Of a stretch of DNA of 62,293 bases, positions 55,377 to 62,293 are shown in pieces. Source of the stretch: an uncultured Spirochaetia bacterium (lineage in GTDB: Bacteria; Spirochaetota; CALGPD01). Each line of letters begins with the position of its first letter. Positions within the stretch are counted from its first letter, which is position 1. The notes beneath the pieces were generated by a model. That model had not been told where the DNA came from. It was given only the letters and a program-made list of their open reading frames with translations, and searched no databases. The position numbers were made by a program, and so were the translations under genes. The DNA lies in assembly GCA_964449345.1 (NCBI GenBank), contig CAYUYT010000001.1, positions 1-62,293 of the forward strand, read 5' to 3'.

Positions 55377-57596
55377 TTAAATATACCAAAAAATATCGAG
55401 TGAGCGGGCGAAATGAGCAAACCTTTCAATTTTTTTTATCCCTTGTTTTGTTAAACAGCATGAAAATACATTAATGCCTTTGCCGATTTTTGACATAGAG
55501 CGCATAAGCCCGATTGTAACGTCAAAACCCGTTATGTCTAATGTGGAAAAATCAATAACGTAACGTGACTGATCGCCTAAAATAGCAAGGGTTATATCAA
55601 AATTCGCTTTATATACATCTGGATTGCGCTCGTTAAAAGATAATAAAGCAAAGGATTTAAAATTTTTAATATCAAGAACGCCTTTACGTATAAACGTTAT
55701 TTTTATTTTTTTTTTGCTTGCATAGTTTTCATAATCAAGAAAGTCCTGCGATTTTTTAAAAACTACGTTAAACGGAGCATAAGTCCCATTAGCAATGGAT
55801 TTAAAGATTTCTTTTTTTAACGCATTATCTTTTTGCGCTTTGCTTTTTACATAATTTAGCAAGGTGTTATCAAAACTAAAAAGGCGTTTTAATATTTCGT
55901 CAAAATGTTCAAATTCAAACTCACCGTTATAAGCAAGGTATGAAATATGTTCAAGATAACGTCTTTCCTGTTTGGTGGGAAAACTTATTGAAACCTCATC
56001 CGGCGTAACGTTATTTGCCTTTAAGTAACCGTATGCGTGTTTTACCTTGTCTTTTTCTTCAGACAAAGACCATTCGATAATTTTTTCCGTTAACAGCCCG
56101 CTGCCCGGTTTGGAATACAAATTTTTATACAATTCGGGGAATAAATAATAGGGTGAAATTTCAATTAAGGTTAACAACGTATTAATTGAATAACCGTTAA
56201 TTTCTGGCAACACCTGCGCTGATTTTATCGCAACTTCACGATTATTGGATAAAAGTCCGTATTTAAGAGCATTGAAAAATTGTTCATAATTCATTTTTCC
56301 CTTTTCAAATAAATCTTTAAAAACGGAAACAATCATGGACTGGTTTTCACTTTGTTTGGAAAGGGAATCCACAACGCTTTGTTCCAAATAAGAAATAAAG
56401 AAATCCATGCATTCAGGGAAAAAATCCGATAATTTTTTTATCCAATATTGCCTGTTTTCCTTAGAAAAATCATTTTTAAGCTCGCTTTTAGTAACGAGTT
56501 CGGTTTCATCCAAATTCAATTCAAGTTTCACCTTGTGCTTGTTGATTTCATTTAAACGTATTAAATCAAGATACAAATCCGGATTGTATGAAAAATCCTG
56601 TGTAGCTCTTTCAACTAATTCGCGTACGCGGATTAGCTCAAGTTCCTGTTTTGATAAACCGGATAAAAGTTTTTTTACAAGATATTCATGCGCTATTTCA
56701 TAACAATCACCAACTTTTTTCAATATTCTCGATGTTACTAAAAAATTTATCTCGTGCAAGTTTTCTTTGTAATTACAAATACGCGTTCTTTCTCCTGTAC
56801 TTGATATTCCTTTTTTTAAAACCCTTTTTTGCGTTTCTGTTAAATTTTCATATAATCTGTCATAAAAACCGTCTATTTTATTATAAACTTCTTGTGATGT
56901 TATTTCATTTATTTCATCTTCATTATTTTCATGGAAAAGTTCATACCCTACTGCCTGAACGTCGGCGAGTTCTATTTTTCCCGTTGCTTTTTCAAGCGTA
57001 TCGATTACTGTTGTTGCGAAACCTTGTGAAATTTTGACTCCCGCGCTTTTAAAAATTTTAATAAAAACGTCAATTACATTGCTTCTTTCCATTTTATACA
57101 AATGAAAACCCGTTTCATCTGACAATAGAGAAAAATTATTTTTTGCCGAAAACTTAAAAAGCTCTCCTATACTTTCTTCACGAATTATTATTAATAGCTT
57201 AAAATCCCGGTTTTCTAAAAAATCATTGACAACGTATTTAACAAATTGAACGTTTGCCGCCGGGTCATAAAATATTTTTTCAAACTGGTCAAGTGCAATA
57301 ACAGGGCGCTTCAATGACTTGGTCGTTTGAAGAAACTTTATATAATCCGCATTTTTTAATCCGGTTCTTTTTTCAAGATAATCATGCGTATAGTCTTCAA
57401 TGTATACATCCGGCTCAAGCCCTGCTTTGCAAATTGAAGATTTTCCCGCGCCGGAAGGGCCATAAAAAATAACAATATTGTTTGCAAGTTTTTTTTCAAG
57501 CTGGGAAATTTCTTTTTCCCTGCCGAAAAAAGCGTTTTTGTTCGTCGCGTTGTAATTATCCCATAAAATAAACGGGTTATTCTTTTTATTTTTCAT
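55377..57596 (-). CDS. STAND-type P-loop NTPase with helical middle region and C-terminal STAS-like domain
   Basis: FFGREKEISQLEKKL...IVIFYGPSGAGKSSICKAGL is the Walker A region, VIALDQFEKIFY is a DQFEE-type Walker B, and LLIIIREESIGEL follows. The last ~100 aa (YVIDFSTLDITGFDVTIGLMRSMSKIGKGINVFSCCLTKQGIKKIERF) align by eye to SpoIIAA-type STAS ([46 protein letters not shown]). Confidence 0.7.
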   Translation of the reverse strand: MKNKKNNPFILWDNYNATNKNAFFGREKEISQLEKKLANNIVIFYGPSGAGKSSICKAGLEPDVYIEDYTHDYLEKRTGLKNADYIKFLQTTKSLKRPVIALDQFEKIFYDPAANVQFVKYVVNDFLENRDFKLLIIIREESIGELFKFSAKNNFSLLSDETGFHLYKMERSNVIDVFIKIFKSAGVKISQGFATTVIDTLEKATGKIELADVQAVGYELFHENNEDEINEITSQEVYNKIDGFYDRLYENLTETQKRVLKKGISSTGERTRICNYKENLHEINFLVTSRILKKVGDCYEIAHEYLVKKLLSGLSKQELELIRVRELVERATQDFSYNPDLYLDLIRLNEINKHKVKLELNLDETELVTKSELKNDFSKENRQYWIKKLSDFFPECMDFFISYLEQSVVDSLSKQSENQSMIVSVFKDLFEKGKMNYEQFFNALKYGLLSNNREVAIKSAQVLPEINGYSINTLLTLIEISPYYLFPELYKNLYSKPGSGLLTEKIIEWSLSEEKDKVKHAYGYLKANNVTPDEVSISFPTKQERRYLEHISYLAYNGEFEFEHFDEILKRLFSFDNTLLNYVKSKAQKDNALKKEIFKSIANGTYAPFNVVFKKSQDFLDYENYASKKKIKITFIRKGVLDIKNFKSFALLSFNERNPDVYKANFDITLAILGDQSRYVIDFSTLDITGFDVTIGLMRSMSKIGKGINVFSCCLTKQGIKKIERFAHFARSLDIFWYI

Positions 57597-58094
57597 GTAA
57601 AAAATTTTCCATAAAAAGCATTTTTTCTTTCAATCATTATAATTTGTTTATTACAAAATTGCAATCATTAGTAAAAATAATTTCCAAAGGAAAAACATGA
57701 ATTTTATAAAAAAATTTCAATCTCGTTTACGGTAAATAGGATTAATTTAACTTATGGGTAATTATTTTTTGTCGGTATTACTTGGGAATTATCATAATCA
57801 AGGGAAAAGTTATCCATACAATAGGTATATATACCAACTATATAAGGTTGTTGAGATTCTGTCCTTATTTTTCTGTAAAAATAAAATGAAAAAATAAAGT
57901 ATGCAGGGTACGCAATAGCGGGAACATTTACAGCAAGTGTATCTTCGCATTATCCGTTTAAAAAATTAAAATAGAAATGATATTATGTGAATGATTTTTG
58001 ACTAAACATAGCATCGGATATATATTTATCAATTTTTTTAAAAATATTATTTCAAATCCTGTCAATTTTTTGTAATTTTATATTAGCATATCTA

Positions 58095-58121
58095 AGCCTA
58101 ACAAAGCAAGGTTAGGTTTTT
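58095..58121 (+). promoter_or_regulatory. Terminator-like hairpin in the lipA leader
   Basis: AGCCTAAC-aaagcaag-GTTAGGTT followed by TTTTT ends 30 nt before the lipA ATG. No plus-strand gene lies upstream. Confidence 0.4.
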
Positions 58122-58151
58122 AAAGAATTAATATACAAATAAGGGTGTAAA

Positions 58152-59012
58152 ATGAATAAACAGGGAAACCGGCTTCCCGGCTGGTTAAAAACGAGAATTC
58201 ACACGGGAAACGGGTATAAAAAAGTTACAGACATAATTCAAAAAACCGGACTTAATACCATTTGTCTAGAATCCCGCTGTCCTAATAAACCGGAATGTTT
58301 TGCGAAAAAAGAGGTTACTTTCCTAATCGCGGGTAAAAATTGCACACGCAATTGCAAATATTGTAACGTTGAACCTGCCGCAAAAAAACCGAAAACTCTA
58401 GACGAATCCGAACCGGAAAAAATTGCAAATACCGTTGCTGATTTAGGGCTTAAATACGTCGTTGTTACATCCGTTACGCGAGATGATTTAGAAGACGGTG
58501 GTGCGGAACATTTTAATAAAACTGTAAAAACAATAATGAAAAAAAATCCTAATATAAAAACCGAGGTTTTAATTCCTGATTTTGCAGGAAATTTAGACCA
58601 CGTAACAAGTGTTTGCAAATCAGGCGCGCTTGTAGCCGGGCATAACGTAGAAATTGCCGGGGAATATAATTTTGTAAAATTAAGACCCGGGGCTAATTAT
58701 AAAACGAGTTTGAATATATTAAATGAAATTTCAAAAAATATAGAATACAGCAAATCCGGATTAATGGTTGGATTGGGTGAAACAATGTATGATATAAAGC
58801 AAACACTTGAACATCTGAAGCAAGCCGGAGTTAAACTCGTTACCATTGGGCAATATTTAGCCCCCAGCAAAAAGCATTTCCCCGTCCAAAAGTATTATAC
58901 GCCAGCGGATTTTAAACAAATAGAAAAATATGCCAACGAGCTAGGGTTTTTAAACGTAAAAGCAGGGCCTTTTATCAGATCTTCTTACCGGGCCGGAGAA
59001 ATTTTTGAATAA
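58152..59012 (+). CDS. lipA: Lipoyl synthase
   Basis: The auxiliary cluster is CLESRCPNKPEC (Cx4Cx5C) and the radical SAM cluster is CTRNCKYC. VTSVTRDDL and the C-terminal SSYRAGE are also present. Confidence 0.93.
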   Translation: MNKQGNRLPGWLKTRIHTGNGYKKVTDIIQKTGLNTICLESRCPNKPECFAKKEVTFLIAGKNCTRNCKYCNVEPAAKKPKTLDESEPEKIANTVADLGLKYVVVTSVTRDDLEDGGAEHFNKTVKTIMKKNPNIKTEVLIPDFAGNLDHVTSVCKSGALVAGHNVEIAGEYNFVKLRPGANYKTSLNILNEISKNIEYSKSGLMVGLGETMYDIKQTLEHLKQAGVKLVTIGQYLAPSKKHFPVQKYYTPADFKQIEKYANELGFLNVKAGPFIRSSYRAGEIFE

Positions 59013-59778
59013 TGATTGGTATTTAATACAAAGCGGTTATAAAAGCGGATTTTACAATATGGCGGCTGATGAAGAAATGCTTAAACTGAAAAAACCCGTT
59101 TTGCGTATTTACGGTTTTAAACCGTATTGTCTAACATTAGGGTACTTTATGAGCGCCGAACAAACCCTTGATATGAATTTCATTAAGGATAATAATATAA
59201 ACGTAACGCGAAGAATTACCGGAGGAAAAGCCGTTTTACATGCCAATGAAATAACGTATTCCGTTGCTGCTCCACTCTCATTATTCGGGAAAAGCATAAT
59301 CTCTGCGTATGAACAAATTTCAAAAGCCCTGCAAAACGCTTTTAGAGAATGCGGATTAAACGTAGATAGAACACAAGGCAAATCCCTTTCTAAAGGTCCT
59401 GTGTGTTTCGCAGAGAAATCCCGATACGAAATAACGTATAACGGTAAAAAGGTTGCCGGGTATGCTCAAAAAAAATGCGGTGATAAAATTTTGCAACACT
59501 GTTCTATTCCTTTTGAAATTGATTATAGCTTATTAATTAAATGTTTTAAAGAAAAACATCAAACCCAACGGGATTTAAAAAGTAAAATGACGTGTTTAAA
59601 TGAAAATTTATCTTGTCCGGTTAATTTTCATGATTTCTCCCGTTGTATCGTAAAAGGATTTGAAAACGTATTAAATATTAATTTTACCCGTTATGATTTT
59701 ACTCTCCAAGAAGAACAAAACATTTATAATCAAATGCAAAAAAAATATCTAATGCCGTGTTGGCTCGGTAAAAGATAA
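59005..59778 (+). CDS. Lipoate-protein ligase / octanoyltransferase family protein (LplA/LipM-like)
   Basis: FYNMAADEEML, RRITGGKAVLHANEITYS and the Lys motif GKKVAGYAQKK match the BPL_LplA_LipB fold. The TTG start overlaps the lipA stop by 8 nt. Confidence 0.75.
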   Translation: MNNDWYLIQSGYKSGFYNMAADEEMLKLKKPVLRIYGFKPYCLTLGYFMSAEQTLDMNFIKDNNINVTRRITGGKAVLHANEITYSVAAPLSLFGKSIISAYEQISKALQNAFRECGLNVDRTQGKSLSKGPVCFAEKSRYEITYNGKKVAGYAQKKCGDKILQHCSIPFEIDYSLLIKCFKEKHQTQRDLKSKMTCLNENLSCPVNFHDFSRCIVKGFENVLNINFTRYDFTLQEEQNIYNQMQKKYLMPCWLGKR

Positions 59779-60006
59779 TTTATAGTGTATTATTTTTAAA
59801 TTAGTTCCCGCTTATGGTAATATATTTCTTTTTTTTTTGTTTATAGTAACCGTATTTATTAAATTCTCATACGTAAATGGGACATAAAGTATATTTATCA
59901 AATAATAAGAAATATTCTTGAAAAATACTGCGATATGTGAAAATCAATATATTATCAAAAAAAGAGAAACACATTTTGTGTTAAAATATAAAACAAGGAG
60001 AATAAT

Positions 60007-61212
60007 ATGAAAATACTCGTTATTAATAGCGGAAGTTCTTCAATTAAATTTCAGTTAATTAATATGGAGAGCAAAAATGTTCTTTGCAAAGGTCTTTTAG
60101 AAAGGATAGGCATTGAAGACGGAATTTTTAATTACGAGCCCGCCGGGCATAAAAAAATTAAAGAAACCCGTAATATACCCGGACATGATCAAGGTATAAA
60201 AATGGTATTAAATGCAATCACCGACCCTAATACCGGTGTTATTGGCAATTTAAGTGAAATCAACGCTGTTGGGCATAGAATAGTGCACGGCGGAGAAAAA
60301 ATTCAGGAATCCGTTTTGCTTGATGAATCTTCTATAAAGGACATTGAAGATTGTATACCCCTTGCTCCTTTGCATAACCCGCCTAATTTAATGGGCGTTG
60401 CTGCGGTTAAAAAAGAATTACCAGACATTCCGCACGTCGGGGTTTTTGACACGGCTTTTCACGCCACAATGCCTCCCGAATCATATATTTTCGGTTTAAA
60501 TTATGATTATTATGAAAAACACAGAATCAGGCGTTTCGGCTTTCACGGCACATCGCATCAATACGTATCCAAACGCGGTGCAGAAATATTAAATAAAAAT
60601 GCAGATGATTTTAACTGTATAACGTGCCACATGGGTAACGGTGTTTCGTTTACTGCGATAAAAAAGGGTAAATCAATCGATACTTCTTTGGGTTACGGAA
60701 CAATGTGCGGTGTTCCCATGGGAACGCGTGCAGGCGATATTGACCCTGCAGTAATGTTGCACTTAATTGACAACTTAAAAATGAGTACGGATGAAATTCA
60801 CAATTTAATTTATAAAGATTCCGGTTTGAAAGGTTTAAGCGGGTTAACTAACGATATGCGCGATATTGAAGGAGCAGCGGAAAAGGGTAATAAAAGAGCA
60901 GAAATTGCCCTTGAAGTATTTGCTCACGCTGCTAAAAAATACATCGGTGCGTTTTCAACTTTAATGGACGGCCGGCTTGATGCAATAATATTTACAGCGG
61001 GCATCGGTGAAAACGCAATTTCCATGCGCGAAAAAATTTGCAACGGGCTTGAAGTATTAGGGGCTAAAATTGACAAGGATAAAAATAACGTGAGGGGTGA
61101 AGAAAAAATCGTTTCAACCCATGACTCTAAAGTAAAAATATTGGTTATTCCTACAAACGAAGAATTGATGATTGCCCTTGATACTGAAAAAATTGCTAAA
61201 AAACAAAAATAA
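60007..61212 (+). CDS. ackA: Acetate kinase
   Basis: MKILVINSGSSSIKFQL, GHRIVHGG, FDTAFH, RRFGFHGTSH, FTAGIGEN and IPTNEE are near-consensus AckA. Confidence 0.95.
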   Translation: MKILVINSGSSSIKFQLINMESKNVLCKGLLERIGIEDGIFNYEPAGHKKIKETRNIPGHDQGIKMVLNAITDPNTGVIGNLSEINAVGHRIVHGGEKIQESVLLDESSIKDIEDCIPLAPLHNPPNLMGVAAVKKELPDIPHVGVFDTAFHATMPPESYIFGLNYDYYEKHRIRRFGFHGTSHQYVSKRGAEILNKNADDFNCITCHMGNGVSFTAIKKGKSIDTSLGYGTMCGVPMGTRAGDIDPAVMLHLIDNLKMSTDEIHNLIYKDSGLKGLSGLTNDMRDIEGAAEKGNKRAEIALEVFAHAAKKYIGAFSTLMDGRLDAIIFTAGIGENAISMREKICNGLEVLGAKIDKDKNNVRGEEKIVSTHDSKVKILVIPTNEELMIALDTEKIAKKQK

Positions 61213-61280
61213 TTAATCGCATGAATTTCGATTTATTTAATAACTGTATTGATTAAAATAAATCCGCAGATTTTACGCGA

Positions 61281-61321
61281 TATAGAATAGAGGTGTTGCA
61301 TTGCAACGTCTCTATTCTATA
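61281..61321. repeat. Long hairpin downstream of ackA (AGAGG...CCTCT-stem family)
   Basis: TATAGAATAGAG (61281-61292) pairs with CTCTATTCTATA (61310-61321), enclosing the near-palindrome gtgttgcattgcaacgt. Confidence 0.85.
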
Positions 61322-61428
61322 AATATTTTATCATTACGTTGTTTAAACTTATTTGGAATATTAAACATATACCGCTGTCTATTTATTATTAACGTGAATT
61401 TCCAAATAGATCATTGATTTATTTAATT

Positions 61429-61457
61429 CTCTGTAAATAATACTGTCATTTACAGAG
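61429..61457. repeat. Hairpin with 10-bp perfect stem
   Basis: CTCTGTAAAT (61429-61438) pairs with ATTTACAGAG (61448-61457), with a 9-nt loop. Confidence 0.85.
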
Positions 61458-61555
61458 GCGGCATTTGCCAATTTCACTTCTTAATAAAGTGAAAAAGGTT
61501 AGTTTCATTGAAATAACAAACAAATTAAATTTGCCGTTATTTGTAAAATGGATTG

Positions 61556-61765
61556 TTAATTTCCTGATAATCCCGGCTTATAAGATCCGCTTGAATTATT
61601 ATCTCCTCCGCTTGAAAGCCCCGGTCTATCAGGGTCGTTGTATCTTCTGTGATGTCTTCTTCTGCGTCTTCGTACATATCCGTCATCGTCAGAGGTTCCG
61701 CCGAAACAGCCAATCAACGAGATAGAAAACATTGAAACGAAAATCATTGCTAATAATTTTTTCAC
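61556..61765 (-). CDS. Small lipoprotein with poly-Arg/His core
   Basis: GTG start lies 9 nt after AAGGAG. The signal peptide has the lipobox SLIGC, and the mature part is DDDGYVRRRRRRHHRRYNDPDRPG... followed by a Gly/Ser/Asn tail. Confidence 0.5.
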   Translation of the reverse strand: MKKLLAMIFVSMFSISLIGCFGGTSDDDGYVRRRRRRHHRRYNDPDRPGLSSGGDNNSSGSYKPGLSGN

Positions 61766-62074
61766 TTTGTTTTACTCCTTAGTTGTTCTTATTTAATTAT
61801 TATATATTTTATTAAGGAAATTTTCAATTTAATATAAAGAAAAGAGTGCAAATTTAAAATTAGATAAAATTTCGATTTAAAATATAGAAAATTTCTGTAA
61901 GAAATAATTAAAGTATATTCCTGTAAAAAACGCAAACAAAAGCATTTTTCAAAGAACTAAACCAAAGTAGAATAAAAAACTGGAAATAGGCCGTATTATT
62001 TTTGCAACCTTTATATTCCTTTTTTATTTTAGCTCATGCGCGGGTGAGAGCCAAAATAAAAAAAAGTTGTTACT

Positions 62075-62293
62075 TATACTAATTAGGGTTAAAATATGGA
62101 AATTTATTAAAATCGCTGAGGTTTTCATAAAAGTTCAGGACTTAAATACAAACGCGGATTAAAAAAAATCCCCCTTCGAATAATGGGGGACTTGAAGAGG
62201 AGAAATCCCCCATACCCCAAACTTTTACTAATCCTCCCTCTTTACTCAAAGAGGGAGATACAGCGGTGATTCTCTTCCTCCGCCCTCTTTACT
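62075..62293 (+). repeat. Dispersed intergenic repeat, copy B, followed by pyrimidine/purine hairpin units; runs off the window end
   Basis: 62075-62238 aligns to the reverse complement of 13104-13281. Hairpins are TCCCCC (62169-74)/GGGGGA (62185-90), with a second TCCCCC at 62206-11, and TCCCTCTTT (62235-43)/AAAGAGGGA (62248-56). A second cctccgccctctttact unit begins at 62277. Confidence 0.8.

Noticed and set aside
55706-55715. A T10 homopolymer (A10 on the coding strand) inside the STAND NTPase gene, considered as a possible phase-variation tract.
   Set aside because: A9-A10 runs are common in coding regions of this window, for example 21561-21569 in the radical SAM gene and 27861-27869 in thyX. 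The tract is not exceptional for this AT-rich genome, and no frameshifted copy is visible.
57754-57950. Two mutually antisense 46-47 aa ORFs in the STAND-lipA spacer, one of them Cys-rich.
   Set aside because: They are below any length at which composition alone is convincing, neither has a clear SD, and at most one can be real. They are mentioned in a finding but not called as features.
62165-62293. Repeated hairpin units, and the ttcgaat string, considered as a CRISPR array or tRNA-like element.
   Set aside because: The spacing and unit length are irregular, there are no uniform repeat-spacer periods and no cas genes are in the window. No cloverleaf or GTTCGAATC T-arm context can be drawn.

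Overview
This is an AT-rich bacterial chromosomal window using the standard genetic code. TAA and TGA both act as stops, and TTG or GTG starts are frequent. It is densely coding, with about 58 supportable CDS and no rRNA, tRNA or CRISPR array that I could see. All calls come from reading motifs in the supplied translations, and nothing was searched against a database.

Housekeeping genes I recognise:
- Amino acid, nucleotide and cofactor metabolism: pepA, hisB fused by an ATGA overlap to a stand-alone AICAR-transformylase domain, a tandem-domain ThyX, acpS, lipA plus a lipoate-ligase-family gene.
- Central carbon and storage: a 6-phosphofructokinase, ackA, and a class III/IV-type phaR/E-phaC pair.
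- DNA and envelope: priA, a family-4 UDG, and PBP1A.
- Regulation: a CobB sirtuin, DksA/TraR, a group 1/2 sigma-70 family factor, and PtsP(GAF)-EI with a distant HPr that lacks Ser46.
- Motility: a flagellar late-gene block flgN-flgK-flgL-fliW-csrA.
- Stress: an ECF sigma / anti-sigma / HtrA operon.
- Other: two Rpn-family PD-(D/E)XK nuclease paralogs.

Candidates for something new, in order of interest:
1. A minus-strand three-gene operon at 53889-57596. It encodes a STAND-type P-loop NTPase (GPSGAGKSS...ALDQFEKIF) with a C-terminal STAS-like domain, then a flavodoxin-like NAD(P)H oxidoreductase, then a multi-pass membrane protein. Two large SpoIIE/PP2C phosphatases lie within 15 kb and no RsbW-type kinase is visible.
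2. Two abutting genes at 18807-20885. Their C-termini read as degenerate class III nucleotidyl-cyclase domains. Both metal-binding Asp positions are kept in the second gene and lost in the first.
3. A dispersed family of intergenic repeats and perfect palindromes, concentrated where genes converge (12.9-13.4 kb, 36.4-36.9 kb, 50.7 kb, 61.2-62.3 kb).
4. A secreted caspase-like protease whose in-frame signal peptide has no ATG, GTG or TTG start.
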